A stretch of DNA of 64,000 nucleotides. It comes from Sphingobium sp. GTDB lineage: Bacteria; Pseudomonadota; Alphaproteobacteria; Sphingomonadales; Sphingomonadaceae. Each line of letters begins with the position of its first letter. Within the stretch, counting starts at the first letter, position 1. Made by a program: the position numbers and the translations under genes. The stretch lies in the NCBI RefSeq assembly GCF_035511395.1, contig NZ_DATKFP010000441.1:34213-98212 (forward strand). The letters run 5' to 3'. The notes under the pieces were generated by a model, which searched no databases, was not told the DNA's origin, and saw only the letters and a list, made by a program, of their open reading frames with translations. Shown one piece after another: positions 1-10,620 of this stretch.

Positions 1-244
1 TGTCGCGCACCATGGTCGGCAGCGGTGGCTCATATTCCAGCAGCGTTGCCGCATCGGGCAGGCCGCGCGCGAAGATCAGCCAGAACAGGAAGCAGGCGAG
101 CAGGAAACCGCCCAGCAGGATCGCTGCCCAACGGAACAGGCGGCGGCCCCAGAGCGGACGGAGCCGGCCCAGAAAGCCGCCGGCGTCGCGGCGCAGGCGA
201 TAAGCGGTAGACGTCGGGGCGGTTTCGGAACGGGCCTCTTCCAT
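1..244 (-). CDS. Penicillin-binding protein 1A family, N-terminal part (runs off window)
   Basis: Manual translation from ATG 244: MEEARSET...RLFRWAAILLGGFLLACFLFWLIFARGLPDAATLLEYEPPLPTMVRD, a TM anchor plus the LPD..L..Y.P.LPT start typical of PBP1A; follows the amidase as in the usual rne/amiC/PBP1A locus. Confidence 0.75.
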   Translation of the reverse strand, partial: MEEARSETAPTSTAYRLRRDAGGFLGRLRPLWGRRLFRWAAILLGGFLLACFLFWLIFARGLPDAATLLEYEPPLPTMVRD

Positions 245-316
245 GGGAAAGAGGCTCTAGGGTCAAAATGTCGTCAAGGCCAGTGGGGATAACACTGGCC
301 GCCGCAACTCTTGCCC

Positions 317-1597
317 TTATCCTCCCGCCGCGCCGCCGCGCATGGCCAGCTTGCGGGCGAAATGTACCTCGATTGCGCGAGCGACGCCGCGGGCGATCTT
401 CTCCTGCCCCTCGCGCGAGGAGAGGAAGGCGGCATCGTCGGCATTGCTGATATACCCGGTCTCGAACAGCACCGACGGCGTGTCGGGCGCCTTGAGCACC
501 ATCAGCGAGGCGAAGCGGTGATAGGCGCTGCGGAACGGCACATAGGGGGCGGCTTCCCGTTGCAACAGCCGGGCGAAATTGGCCGAAATATTGAGCGATT
601 CGCGCTGGGTCAGGTCGATCAGGATCGACGACACGTCGCCCGACTGGCTGCCGAGGTTGACGCCGTTGATGATGTCAGCCTTGTTCTCCCGCGCGGCAAG
701 TCTTGCCGCCTCACGGTCGGAAGCCGTCTCCGACAGGGTGTAGACGGTTGCGCCATGGGCGTCGCTATTTTCGGCCGCGTCGGCATGGACCGAAATGAAC
801 AGGTCCGCCCCCAGTTTGCGGGCGATGCCATAGCGTTCCTGCAAGATAAGGAAGCGATCATCGTCGCGGGTCAGCGCGACGCGCACCCGGCCCGACCGCA
901 GGAGCTGGTCGCGGATCGTCTGCGCGATCGCCAGGGTCACATCCTTTTCGCGCTTGCCATTTTCCCGGTTGATCGCGCCCGGATCATGGCCGCCATGGCC
1001 CGCATCGATGACCACCAGTGGTCGCGTGCCGTCATTGGCGCCCTGCACGCGGGGCAGGGCCACGCCGCGCGCGGCCGCCGGGATCGGCACGCTGATCGAA
1101 TGGAGGCGCTTTTGCGGGCGCGCGGCCATGTCTGCGGGCGCATCGAAACGGGTGCGGCCCCGGCCGATCTCGCTGCGGAACCGGTTGTCGGTGATATTTT
1201 GCAGCGAGAAGCTCAGCGACTTGCCGTCCGGCGCGATCTGCGCATTGCCGAGCGTCGCGGGAGAGGCAAGGTCCAACACCACGCGCGCGGTGCCGTCGTT
1301 GAGCTGTCCCTGCCGCACCGACGCAATCGCGCCATTGCCGGGCGAAAAGTTGAATCGCCCCATCTGCGCGCCATCGATGTCGAGCGCGATCCGGCGCGGC
1401 GCGTCCAGCAGGAAAGCCGACGCGCCATCGACCCGTTCGTCGAAACGCACGACCACCCGGTCGCCCTGCACGTCGACGCCGGAAATGCCGCCGGCGCTGC
1501 CGGGCGCGGCGAAGATCATCGTGCTTGCCAGGGCAAGGCTTTGAAGCATGCGACGTTTCTGCAACGCGCGCATGTTGGCCGTCCAGCCAAATTTCAT
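317..1597 (-). CDS. amiC: N-acetylmuramoyl-L-alanine amidase (AMIN + Amidase_3)
   Basis: VVIDAGHGGHDPGA, EKDVTL, FISVHADA, PSVLFETGYISN motifs; AMIN-like N-domain; start uncertain (1597 or 1549). Confidence 0.9.
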   Translation of the reverse strand: MKFGWTANMRALQKRRMLQSLALASTMIFAAPGSAGGISGVDVQGDRVVVRFDERVDGASAFLLDAPRRIALDIDGAQMGRFNFSPGNGAIASVRQGQLNDGTARVVLDLASPATLGNAQIAPDGKSLSFSLQNITDNRFRSEIGRGRTRFDAPADMAARPQKRLHSISVPIPAAARGVALPRVQGANDGTRPLVVIDAGHGGHDPGAINRENGKREKDVTLAIAQTIRDQLLRSGRVRVALTRDDDRFLILQERYGIARKLGADLFISVHADAAENSDAHGATVYTLSETASDREAARLAARENKADIINGVNLGSQSGDVSSILIDLTQRESLNISANFARLLQREAAPYVPFRSAYHRFASLMVLKAPDTPSVLFETGYISNADDAAFLSSREGQEKIARGVARAIEVHFARKLAMRGGAAGG

Positions 1598-2124
1598 GAC
1601 GATATTCCGTCTTGAGCGTCCCCACGCTGAATATCGCATTAAGCATCGGCATCTTTTGCCTACGTAAAACGAGACGGTTAACGGCATTTTCAGTATGATT
1701 TGGCATCGCGTTGCCGACGGGGCGGGCGATGTTGTCACAATATTTCAGGCAGCCGTTGCTCCGGGGGTTTTTGGCTGCTACCCATTCACATAACTGAAAG
1801 ACCGCCCATATCCGGCGGGCCTTCAGGGCAATGAGATAAGCATCGGTGGGCGCGGGATCGCACCCCTGCCGATGATGCAAACAGGTTGACGCTGCATGAG
1901 GCATGAATTTCCTTCCACGCTTGCCCCGGTCACGGGCGTAGCGGCGTGGATGGTCCGGCCCGGCGCCTTGTCCGGCCCTGCCGACGCAGCAGACGCGAAG
2001 TTTTTCCTTCAAACCCGGACGTTGCCGACATCCGCGCCCACATTGGAGCGCGCCCGGCCGTCCCTTCACTATCGCGTGGCGGCGCGGCTCCAAGCCGCAG
2101 CCTGCCCACGCCGGAGATTAATAA

Positions 2125-4824
2125 ATGACAATGCGTATGCTGATCGACGCGCGCCACCGGGAAGAGACCCGGGTCGCGGTCGTCAAAGGTAACCGGATCG
2201 AGGAATTCGATTTCGAATCGGCCGAGCACAAGCAGCTCAAGGGCAATATCTATCTGGCCAAAGTGACCCGCGTGGAGCCTTCGCTCCAGGCGGCTTTCGT
2301 CGATTATGGCGGCAACCGCCACGGCTTCCTCGCTTTCAGCGAAATCCATCCCGACTATTATCAGATTCCGCGCGAGGACCGCGAGGCGCTGCTGCGTGAG
2401 GAACGCGCCCACGCCGAGGAAGAGGCTGCGCTGCGCGCCGATTATGATGACGAGGATGAAGACGCTCATCATGGCGAGGACGGCGTCGAAGTCGTCGAGG
2501 CGACCCATCATCATGACGATGAGGAGCATGTCGAAGGCGAAGCGCCCGAGGCTGCCAAGGGCGGAAACCGTCGCCGGGGCGGCGGCAAGGGCGATGACGC
2601 CGCCGACGAACTGCGTCGCAAGCGCATGGCGCTGCGCCGCCGCTACAAGATCCAGGACGTCATCAAGCGCCGTCAGGTGCTGCTGGTCCAGGTCGTCAAG
2701 GAAGAGCGCGGCAACAAGGGCGCTGCGCTGACCACCTATCTGTCGCTCGCCGGTCGCTATTGCGTGCTGATGCCCAACACCAGCCATGGCGGCGGCATTT
2801 CGCGCAAGATCAGCAACGCTGCCGACCGCAAGCGGCTGAAGTCGATCATCGCGGAAATGAGCCTTCCCTCCACCATGGGCTGTATCGTCCGCACCGCCGG
2901 TCTCCAGCGTACCAAGCCGGAAATCAAGCGCGACTTCGACTATCTCGCTCGCCTGTGGGATGAGATTCGCGAACAGACGCTCAAGTCCGACGCGCCCGCG
3001 CTGATCCATAATGACAGCGACCTCATCAAGCGGGCGATCCGCGATATCTACAACAAGGATATCGAGGAAGTGATCGTCGAGGGCGAGCATGGCTACAAGG
3101 CCGCCAAGGATTTCATGAAGCTGCTAATGCCGAGCCATGCGCGTCGGGTGAAGCAATATGCCGACGCCGTCTCGCTGTTCCAGCGCGCCAGCGTCGAGGA
3201 TCAGCTGGCGGCGATGTACAACCCCGTCGTGCAGCTCAAGTCCGGCGGCTATCTGGTCATCAACCCGACCGAAGCGCTGGTGTCGATCGACATCAACTCG
3301 GGCCGTTCGACCCGCGAGCATGGGATCGAGCAGACTGCCGTCGCCACCAACCTCGAAGCCGCCCGCGAAATCGCGCGCCAGCTGCGTCTGCGCGACATGG
3401 CGGGTCTGGTCGTCATCGACTTCATCGACATGGAGATGAACTCCAACATCCGTAAGGTCGAGAAGGCGATGAAGGAGGCGTTGAAGGACGATCGCGCCCG
3501 CATCCAGGTCGGCCGCATCTCCGGCTTCGGCCTTATGGAAATGAGCCGCCAGCGCCTGCGCACCGGCGTACTGGAGGCATCGACCCGCCAGTGCCCGCAT
3601 TGCGAAGGCACGGGCCTGGTCCGCACTGCATCGTCGGCGGGCCTTGGCGCGTTGCGCATGCTGGAAGAGGAAGCGGCGCGTGGTCGCGGCAGCGTCATCA
3701 CGCTGCGCGCCAGCCAGGAGGCTGCCTTCTACGTTCTCAATAACAAGCGTCGCGAGCTGGACGAGATCGAGCAGCGCTATGGCGTGATGATCGTGATCCT
3801 GCCTGATGGTGAGATCGAAGGCGCGCGCATGTCGGTCGAGGCCAGCGGTCCGCGACCCGAACGCGTCGTCTCCTACGCCCCGCTCGCCGAGGAAGAGGAT
3901 GACGCCGATCTTCCCGAGGAGGAAGAAGAGGAAGAGGTCGAGGAAGTCGAAGATGCCTCCGAGCGCGAGGAGCGCGGCGACCGTGGCGAGGATCGTGAAG
4001 GTGGCCGTCGCCGTCGCCGTCGCCGTCGTCGTCGTAGCGGCCAGCGCGACGAAAATCGTGGCGACGGTGCGACCGAAGGCGATGCCGAGGACGAGGCCGA
4101 AGCCGGCGAGGATGCCGAGGCCGAAGCTGTTGAGGCGGACGACGCCGACGCAGGCGAGGCTGTTGCCGCTGAAGCCGGTGAGGGCGAGGATGGCGGCGCG
4201 CGCCGTCGCGGTCGTCGCGGTCGTCGTGGCGGACGCCGTCGTCGCGAAGGCGGCGAAGCGAGCGTGACCGAGGACGGCGAATTGGCTGAACCGGTCGAGG
4301 CTGTCGAGGCCGAAGCTGCCGCCGAGCCGGTAGGGGAAGAAGCGCCGGCTGTCGAAGCAGCAGCCGAGGAAGCCGCCGAGCCGGCGCCCAAGACCCGTCG
4401 CCGTCCGCGTGCGCGCAAGAAGGCTGAACCGGAAGTCGTGGCTGAGGCTGCTGCGCCGGCCGAAGCGGTCGAGGCGCCTGCCGACGCGGCGCCCGCCGCT
4501 GCGCAAGAGCCTGCGCCCGAAGCGCCGGCCAAGCCCAAGCGCACCCGTAAGAAGAAGGTGGCCGAGCCTGCCGCTGAAGCCGAAGCGGCGCCCGCCGTCG
4601 AGGAAGTGGTTGCCGAGCCGGCCCCCGCCAAGCCGAAGCGTGCCCCGCGCAAGAAGAAGGTCGCCGAGCCGGCGCCTGAAGTCGTGGCGGAAGCGGCTGA
4701 AGCTGCTGCCCCGGTCGTGCAGGCGCTGGTTTCCGAAACCGAGCCGGCCGAGGAAGGCGCGGCTGGCGAGGAAGGCGAGGGCGGTCCGCGTCGCGGCTGG
4801 TGGCAGCGCACTTTCGGCCAGTAA
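2125..4824 (+). CDS. rne: Ribonuclease E
   Basis: KGNIYLAKVTRVEPSLQAAFVDYG, DINSG, VIDFIDM, CPHCEGTG Zn-link; long charged C-terminal region ending RRGWWQRTFG. Confidence 0.97.
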   Translation: MTMRMLIDARHREETRVAVVKGNRIEEFDFESAEHKQLKGNIYLAKVTRVEPSLQAAFVDYGGNRHGFLAFSEIHPDYYQIPREDREALLREERAHAEEEAALRADYDDEDEDAHHGEDGVEVVEATHHHDDEEHVEGEAPEAAKGGNRRRGGGKGDDAADELRRKRMALRRRYKIQDVIKRRQVLLVQVVKEERGNKGAALTTYLSLAGRYCVLMPNTSHGGGISRKISNAADRKRLKSIIAEMSLPSTMGCIVRTAGLQRTKPEIKRDFDYLARLWDEIREQTLKSDAPALIHNDSDLIKRAIRDIYNKDIEEVIVEGEHGYKAAKDFMKLLMPSHARRVKQYADAVSLFQRASVEDQLAAMYNPVVQLKSGGYLVINPTEALVSIDINSGRSTREHGIEQTAVATNLEAAREIARQLRLRDMAGLVVIDFIDMEMNSNIRKVEKAMKEALKDDRARIQVGRISGFGLMEMSRQRLRTGVLEASTRQCPHCEGTGLVRTASSAGLGALRMLEEEAARGRGSVITLRASQEAAFYVLNNKRRELDEIEQRYGVMIVILPDGEIEGARMSVEASGPRPERVVSYAPLAEEEDDADLPEEEEEEEVEEVEDASEREERGDRGEDREGGRRRRRRRRRRSGQRDENRGDGATEGDAEDEAEAGEDAEAEAVEADDADAGEAVAAEAGEGEDGGARRRGRRGRRGGRRRREGGEASVTEDGELAEPVEAVEAEAAAEPVGEEAPAVEAAAEEAAEPAPKTRRRPRARKKAEPEVVAEAAAPAEAVEAPADAAPAAAQEPAPEAPAKPKRTRKKKVAEPAAEAEAAPAVEEVVAEPAPAKPKRAPRKKKVAEPAPEVVAEAAEAAAPVVQALVSETEPAEEGAAGEEGEGGPRRGWWQRTFGQ

Positions 4825-4847
4825 CGCCGGGACGCTCGCAATGAACA

Positions 4848-4897
4848 GGCGCCGCTGCTCCTCCGGTTCCGACCGGCGCGCAGCGGCGCTTTTCTTT
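4848..4897 (+). terminator. Probable intrinsic terminator of rne
   Basis: gcgccgctgc...gcagcggcgc stem followed by ttttcttt. Confidence 0.6.
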
Positions 4898-4960
4898 AGG
4901 CCGTGCGATCATGCCTCCTTCACGGCAGGTTCAGCGCGGCCATGGCATCGGCTTTGCCCG

Positions 4961-6310
4961 ATGACCCGATTTTTGCAGTGCATCGCCCTGGCGCTGGCGT
5001 CGTTCGCGCTCATGGCCCGCCCGGCGCTGGCCCAGCAGATCCTGCGCGATGCGGAGACGGAGGCCTTCATGGCCGACATGTCCGGCCAGCTCGTCAAGGC
5101 GGCCGGCATGGAGCCGAAGAATGTCCAGGTCATGGTCATCAACGATCCGGAGATCAACGCCTTCGTCGCGGGCGGCCAATATGTCTGGGTGCATAGCGGG
5201 CTGATCGCGCAGGCCGACAATGTGAACCAGTTGCAAGGCGTCGTCGCGCACGAACTGGGCCATATAGAGGGCGGCCATATCATCCGCTCGGGTGAGGGCA
5301 TCAAGGAAGCGACCGGCGTGACGCTGCTCAGCCTGGTGCTGGGCGCGGCAGCGATCGCGGCAGGCGGCGCGGAAGCGGGCATGGGCATCATGGGCCTTGG
5401 CCAGCAGGCGGCAATGACCAAGTTCCTGGCCTTTTCCCGCGCGCAGGAAAGCTCGGCCGACCTTGCGGGCGCGCGCTATCTCCACGTCGCAGGTCTCAGC
5501 GGGCGTGGCAGCCTCGAATTTTTCAAGAAGCTCCAGAATCAGGAGTATCGCCTCGCGATTCCGCAGGACAACAGCTACGGTCGTACCCACCCGCTGTCGG
5601 GCGAGCGCATCAACGTGCTGCGCGAAGTCTATGAGGTCGATCCGGCCTGGAATACGCCGCCCGATCCGAAGCTGGAGGCACGGTTCGAGCGGATCAAGGC
5701 GAAGCTGATCGGCTTCGTGTCCGAACCAACCCAGACCTTGCAGAAATATCCCGAAAGCGACCGGTCGGTCCCGGCCCATTACGCCCGCGCTTATGCCTGG
5801 CATAAGAGCGCCTATCCGGAAAAGGCGCTGGACGAGGTGAACGCGCTGCTCACCGCCGTGCCGCACGATCCCTATTTCCTGGAACTGAAGGGCCAGATCC
5901 TGCTCGAAAGCGGCAAGCCCGCCGACGCGATCGCGCCACTGCGCGAAGCAGTGAAGATAACCAACCAGCCACTCATTTCCGTGCTTCTCTCCCACGCGCT
6001 GATCGCGACTGAGGATGAGGCGAATTTCGCCGAGGCCGAACAGGTGCTGCGCTTGGCCGTGCAGCGCGACCGGGAAAATCCTTTCGCCTGGTATCAGCTG
6101 GGCGTCGTCTACGAACGGCGCGGTGACATTCCGCGCGCGGCGCTGGCGACGGCCGAGCGCTACGAGATGATGGCGCAATATCCCATGGCGCTGCGCAGCG
6201 CCGATGCAGCGATGCAGGGGTTGAAGCCCGGCACGGTTGACTATCTGCGGGCGCAGGATATCGCGATGGTCTCGCGCGCGGCGATCGAGCAGCAGCGGAA
6301 GAAAAGATAG
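4961..6310 (+). CDS. M48 family metalloprotease with TPRs (BepA-like)
   Basis: Signal peptide MTRFLQCIALALASFALMARPALA; INAFV, AHELGH (HExxH), QESSAD, THP motifs; TPR tail. Confidence 0.9.
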   Translation: MTRFLQCIALALASFALMARPALAQQILRDAETEAFMADMSGQLVKAAGMEPKNVQVMVINDPEINAFVAGGQYVWVHSGLIAQADNVNQLQGVVAHELGHIEGGHIIRSGEGIKEATGVTLLSLVLGAAAIAAGGAEAGMGIMGLGQQAAMTKFLAFSRAQESSADLAGARYLHVAGLSGRGSLEFFKKLQNQEYRLAIPQDNSYGRTHPLSGERINVLREVYEVDPAWNTPPDPKLEARFERIKAKLIGFVSEPTQTLQKYPESDRSVPAHYARAYAWHKSAYPEKALDEVNALLTAVPHDPYFLELKGQILLESGKPADAIAPLREAVKITNQPLISVLLSHALIATEDEANFAEAEQVLRLAVQRDRENPFAWYQLGVVYERRGDIPRAALATAERYEMMAQYPMALRSADAAMQGLKPGTVDYLRAQDIAMVSRAAIEQQRKKR

Positions 6311-6311
6311 T

Positions 6312-7094
6312 ATGACAGATCAGACCCGGCCGAGTTTTCGCGCCGCTTTATCCAACAGGACCATGCAGATGACCCTTGGCGGTTTCGCCTTCATCGCGGC
6401 TGCCGCCGGCGCCGCCCTCGCCGTGCAGGCGCCCGCCGCCGTCAGCCCGACCGACGTTAGTCCGGCAAATCGGGCGGCGATCGAGAAGATCGTTCACGAC
6501 TATATTCTCGAACATCCCGAAATCATCCCGCAGGCGGTCGAAAAGCTCCAGGCCAGACGCCTGTCGGGCACCATCGACGCCAGCCGCAGCGCGCTTGAGA
6601 CGCCCTATGCCGGCGCTTGGGAAGGGGCGGCGAATGCGGACGTCACCGTGGTGGAGTTCTTCGACTATGCATGCGGCTATTGCCGTGCATCCTTGCCCGA
6701 TCTTGCGAAGCTGGTCGGCTCCGACGCGAAGGTGAAGGTCGTCTATCGCGAACTGCCGATTCTGTCGGAAGCCAGCAGCGACGCGGCCAAGGTGTCGCTG
6801 TTCGCGGCCGAGCGTGGCCAGTATATGCCCTATCACAAGGCGCTCTATGGTGCGGGCAAGGTGACGCGCGACACGATCATCGCCGCAGCGGCGAAGGCGG
6901 GCATCACCAGGTCGGAAGCCGAATCGGCGATCGCGTCGAGCAAATATGATTCGGAGATCCAGTCGAACATCGCCCTCGCGCAGAAATTGCAGGCGACCGG
7001 CACCCCGACCTTCGTCATCGGCGGCCAGGTGCTGAACGGCGCGGTCGGTTTCGATGCGCTCAAGGAAGGCGTTGCGGCAGCGCGGGGGAAGTAA
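6312..7094 (+). CDS. DsbA-family thioredoxin-fold protein
   Basis: EFFDYACGYC (CxxC), GTPTFVIG, YILEHPEII motifs. Confidence 0.9.
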   Translation: MTDQTRPSFRAALSNRTMQMTLGGFAFIAAAAGAALAVQAPAAVSPTDVSPANRAAIEKIVHDYILEHPEIIPQAVEKLQARRLSGTIDASRSALETPYAGAWEGAANADVTVVEFFDYACGYCRASLPDLAKLVGSDAKVKVVYRELPILSEASSDAAKVSLFAAERGQYMPYHKALYGAGKVTRDTIIAAAAKAGITRSEAESAIASSKYDSEIQSNIALAQKLQATGTPTFVIGGQVLNGAVGFDALKEGVAAARGK

Positions 7095-7101
7095 GAAGTA
7101 G

Positions 7102-7174
7102 CCGTTCGTTTCGAACGCGGTCGAGAAACGCCGGCACAGCGCCATCCGCTTCTCGACACGCTCGAAGCGAACGG
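7102..7174. repeat. Palindromic intergenic repeat, family A (ccgttcg...cgaacgg)
   Basis: ccgttcgtttcgaacgcggtcgagaaacg ... cgcttctcgacacgctcgaagcgaacgg; related copies at 10577, 15165, 32322, 37661, 44618. Confidence 0.8.
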
Positions 7175-7307
7175 ATCTCAGGATTGCATTCCCCGCCCAT
7201 TGACTTCCCCACCCCTTTTCCCTATCGGACGGCCTCTGACTTGCGGCCGCTCTTTGGCGGCCCTTTTTTGTCACGCCTGATTCTCTATTTGTTTTGAGGA
7301 ATGAACG

Positions 7308-7442
7308 ATGAAGCGCACTTTTCAGCCGAGCAATCTGGTTCGGAAGCGCCGTCACGGTTATCGCGCCCGCATGGCGACCCCCGGCGGCCGCAACATCATT
7401 CGCGCACGCCGTTCGCGCGGCCGCAAGAGCCTGAGCGCCTGA
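7308..7442 (+). CDS. rpmH: 50S ribosomal protein L34
   Basis: Manual translation [44 protein letters not shown] (44 aa, below the ORF-track cutoff); gagga RBS. Confidence 0.97.
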   Translation: MKRTFQPSNLVRKRRHGYRARMATPGGRNIIRARRSRGRKSLSA

Positions 7443-7474
7443 TTTCAACGCCTGAAAATGTCGTCGCGCCGGCC

Positions 7475-7930
7475 ATGATGGTCCGGCGCGCGGATTTTCT
7501 GGCGGCGAATCGCGGGCGCCGCGCTCCCATGCCGGGCTTTGTCCTGCTGGTGCGCGAGCGTGGCGACGGCGATCCGGCGATGCGTTATGGCATCACGGTC
7601 ACCAAGAAAGTTGGCGGCGCTGTCATCCGCAACCGGATGAAGCGCCGTTTTCGCGTCCTGGCGCGCGAATTGCTGCCGGTCCATGGCGTGGCCGGCGCCG
7701 ACCATGTGCTGATCGGCCGCGAAGGCGGGATCGAGCGCGATTTCGGCATGCTGCACACAGAGTTGACCAAGGCTCTGGGCAAGATCATGACGCGGCCGAT
7801 CGATCCGCCGCGCGATTCTGCTCGCCGGAAAGGCAAGCCGCATCGCCAGCCGGCGAAGCGCCCGCCGGAGCAGGGCCGACCCGAACAGGGCCAACCCGAA
7901 CAGGGACCGAATCGGGAACCGGGTCGGTGA
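7475..7930 (+). CDS. rnpA: Ribonuclease P protein component
   Basis: [26 protein letters not shown] (RNR motif); between rpmH and yidD. Confidence 0.93.
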   Translation: MMVRRADFLAANRGRRAPMPGFVLLVRERGDGDPAMRYGITVTKKVGGAVIRNRMKRRFRVLARELLPVHGVAGADHVLIGREGGIERDFGMLHTELTKALGKIMTRPIDPPRDSARRKGKPHRQPAKRPPEQGRPEQGQPEQGPNREPGR

Positions 7931-8139
7931 TCGCCCGGCTGCTGATCCTTATCGCGCGCTTCTGGCAGCTTGGTCCTTCGCGCATTTTGCCCCCCACCTG
8001 CCGCTATGCTCCCTCTTGTTCCGAATATGGAATTCAGGCCGTGCGCAAATATGGCGCGATCAAGGGTAGCTGGCTGGGGTTCAAGCGGCTAATGCGATGC
8101 CACCCATGGGGCGGCTCGGGCTATGATCCGGTTCCCTGA
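7927..8139 (+). CDS. yidD: Membrane protein insertion efficiency factor
   Basis: [24 protein letters not shown]. Confidence 0.95.
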   Translation: MIARLLILIARFWQLGPSRILPPTCRYAPSCSEYGIQAVRKYGAIKGSWLGFKRLMRCHPWGGSGYDPVP

Positions 8140-8171
8140 CACTGACGAATTGACCGCGGAGCGCAAATAGC

Positions 8172-9875
8172 GTGGACGACAAGAAGAATATTATCCTGGC
8201 GGTGCTGCTGACCGCGGCCATCCTGTTCGGCTGGCCCTATGTCTCACATTATTTCTTCCCGGCCGCCAATCCGCCGGCAACGAAGATCGAGGGCGGCAAG
8301 ACGACTCCGGTCGCCGCGCCCGGCACCGACACCGCCGACGGCCCCGCCGTGATTCGCGATCGCGTGACTGTGCTGAAGGAAAGCCCGCGCGTCGCGATCC
8401 GCACGCCCAAGCTGGTCGGCTCGATCAACCTGAAGGGCGCGCGCATCGATGACATCGTGCTGCCGACCTACAAGGAAACCATCGCCAAGGATTCGCCCGA
8501 CGTCCGCCTCTACAGCCCCTCGGGCACGCAGGACGCCTATTTCGCCGGCTTCGGCTGGCAGGGCGAAGGCCTCAAGATCCCGAACAAGGACACGCTCTGG
8601 ACGGCGCAGGGCAATGAGTTGACCCCGACCAGCCCGGTTACGCTGACCTGGAACAATGGCGCGGGCCAGCTTTTCGAGATCCGCCTGTCGGTCGACGAAA
8701 ATTACATGATCACCGCCGCGCAGAAGGTGTCGAACAGCGGCGCCGGCGCGATCGGCGTGAAGCCCTATGCCTATATCAGCCGCAACGGCATACCCAAGGA
8801 TCCTGACACCTGGACCATTCATGTCGGCCCGATGGGCGTGTTCAACGGCGCGGCCAATTATGATGTGAACTACAAGGATCTGGACAAGGGACCGTCGACC
8901 CAGAGTTTCCAGTCCAAGGGTGGCTGGATCGGCTTCACCGACAAATATTGGCTGTCCGCGCTGGTGCCCGGCGTCGACGCCGACTTCGCCGGCCAGTTCC
9001 GTAAGGGCGCCGGTACGCAATATCAGGCTGACGTCGCGCTCGGTTCGACCATGCTCGCTCCGGGCAAGGCGGCGACGCAGAGCCTGCGCCTTTATGTCGG
9101 CGCGAAGGAAGTGAAGACGCTTCAGGCCTATGAGCGCGGCGGCGTGAAGCTGTTCGACCGCGCGATCGACTGGGGCTGGTTCTACTGGTTCGAACAGCCG
9201 ATCTTCGCGCTGCTCCACTGGCTCTTTACCGTCATCGGCAATTTCGGTGTGGCCATCATCTGCCTGACCTTCTGCGTCCGTGCGCTGATGTTCCCGGTCG
9301 CCCAGCGCCAGTTCGCCAGCATGGCGGCGATGCGCGCGGTGCAGCCCAAGATGAAGGCGCTGCAGGAGAAATATAAGGACGACAAGCAGCAGCTCCAGAT
9401 GAAGATGATGGAACTGTACAAGCAGGAGAAGGTGAACCCGCTCGCCGGCTGTCTGCCCATCTTCATCCAGATCCCGATCTTCTTCGCGCTCTACAAGGTG
9501 CTGATGCTGACGATCGAAATGCGTCACCAGCCCTTCGTGCTGTGGATCAAGGATCTGTCCGCGCCCGACCCGATGCACATCCTGAACCTGTTCGGCCTGC
9601 TGCCCTTCACCCCGCCGTCCTTCCTGGCGATCGGCGTGCTGGCGCTGCTGCTGGGCATCAGCATGTACCTCCAGTTCAAGCTGAACCCGGCCCAGATGGA
9701 CCCGATGCAGCAGCAGGTGTTCGCGATCATGCCGTGGATGATGATGTTCATCATGGCGCCCTTCGCGGCGGGCCTGCTGGTCTACTGGATTACCAACAAC
9801 TGCCTGTCGATGGCGCAGCAATGGTGGCTGTATCGCAAGCACCCGGTGCCCGCCCCGGCGACGGCAGCGAAATAA
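8172..9875 (+). CDS. yidC: Membrane protein insertase
   Basis: [43 protein letters not shown]. Confidence 0.97.
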   Translation: MDDKKNIILAVLLTAAILFGWPYVSHYFFPAANPPATKIEGGKTTPVAAPGTDTADGPAVIRDRVTVLKESPRVAIRTPKLVGSINLKGARIDDIVLPTYKETIAKDSPDVRLYSPSGTQDAYFAGFGWQGEGLKIPNKDTLWTAQGNELTPTSPVTLTWNNGAGQLFEIRLSVDENYMITAAQKVSNSGAGAIGVKPYAYISRNGIPKDPDTWTIHVGPMGVFNGAANYDVNYKDLDKGPSTQSFQSKGGWIGFTDKYWLSALVPGVDADFAGQFRKGAGTQYQADVALGSTMLAPGKAATQSLRLYVGAKEVKTLQAYERGGVKLFDRAIDWGWFYWFEQPIFALLHWLFTVIGNFGVAIICLTFCVRALMFPVAQRQFASMAAMRAVQPKMKALQEKYKDDKQQLQMKMMELYKQEKVNPLAGCLPIFIQIPIFFALYKVLMLTIEMRHQPFVLWIKDLSAPDPMHILNLFGLLPFTPPSFLAIGVLALLLGISMYLQFKLNPAQMDPMQQQVFAIMPWMMMFIMAPFAAGLLVYWITNNCLSMAQQWWLYRKHPVPAPATAAK

Positions 9876-9886
9876 GGAAAAAGGAG

Positions 9887-9915
9887 ATCCTCCCCCCAAA
9901 AGGGGAGGATTTTTT
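9887..9915 (+). terminator. Hairpin between yidC and engB (terminator-like; overlaps likely engB RBS)
   Basis: atcctcccc-ccaaaa-ggggaggat followed by ttttt. Confidence 0.5.
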
Positions 9916-9919
9916 CGAT

Positions 9920-10567
9920 ATGACAGAAGAAGACAACACCATCCTGATCGAGGAAGCGCGCAAGCTGTTCTCCGGCCCGATCGCCTTCCTCAAGTCCGCG
10001 CCGACTCTGGACTATCTGCCGGACATGGCGGTGAACGAGGTCGCCTTTGCGGGGCGTTCCAATGTGGGCAAGTCGTCGCTCCTCAACGCGCTGACCAACC
10101 GCAACGGCCTTGCCCGCACGTCCAACACGCCGGGCCGCACGCAGGAACTCAACTTCTTCGACGTGGGCGATCCGTTGCGCTTCCGCCTCGTCGACATGCC
10201 CGGCTATGGCTATGCCAAGGCGCCCAAGGATCTGGTGAAGAAGTGGCGCTTCCTGGTGAACGACTATCTGCGTGGCCGCGCGGCCTTGAAGCGCGCGCTG
10301 GTGCTGATCGACAGTCGCCACGGCATCAAGGATGTCGACACCGACATGCTCGACATGCTGGACGGTGCGGCGGTCAGCTATCGCATCGTCCTCACCAAGT
10401 CCGACAAGATCAAGGCGAGCGAACTGGTCGCTGTCACCAAGCAGACCGCCGACGCGATTCGCAAGCGGCCGGCCGCGCATCCCGACATCATCGCCACGTC
10501 GAGCGAGAAGGGCATGGGCATTCCCGAACTGCGCGCCGCCGTGCTGGAAAGCGTGACGCAAGGGTGA
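9920..10567 (+). CDS. engB: Ribosome biogenesis GTPase EngB/YihA
   Basis: [27 protein letters not shown]-motifs. Confidence 0.95.
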   Translation: MTEEDNTILIEEARKLFSGPIAFLKSAPTLDYLPDMAVNEVAFAGRSNVGKSSLLNALTNRNGLARTSNTPGRTQELNFFDVGDPLRFRLVDMPGYGYAKAPKDLVKKWRFLVNDYLRGRAALKRALVLIDSRHGIKDVDTDMLDMLDGAAVSYRIVLTKSDKIKASELVAVTKQTADAIRKRPAAHPDIIATSSEKGMGIPELRAAVLESVTQG

Positions 10568-10576
10568 TGTAACCAC

Positions 10577-10606
10577 CTCCGTTCGTTTCGATCGAAGCGA
10601 ACGGAG
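10577..10606. repeat. Family A repeat, collapsed hairpin
   Basis: ctccgttcgtttcgatcgaagcgaacggag between convergent genes. Confidence 0.7.
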
Positions 10607-10620
10607 GATGAATTATCCGT

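Noticed and set aside
4409-4960. N-terminal extension of the M48 protease overlapping rne
   Set aside because: Off-frame read-through of GC-rich rne sequence; the signal peptide begins at 4961.
7200-7310. Replication origin beside rpmH
   Set aside because: No dnaA and no cluster of DnaA boxes or AT-rich unwinding element visible; the upstream gene is DsbA-like.
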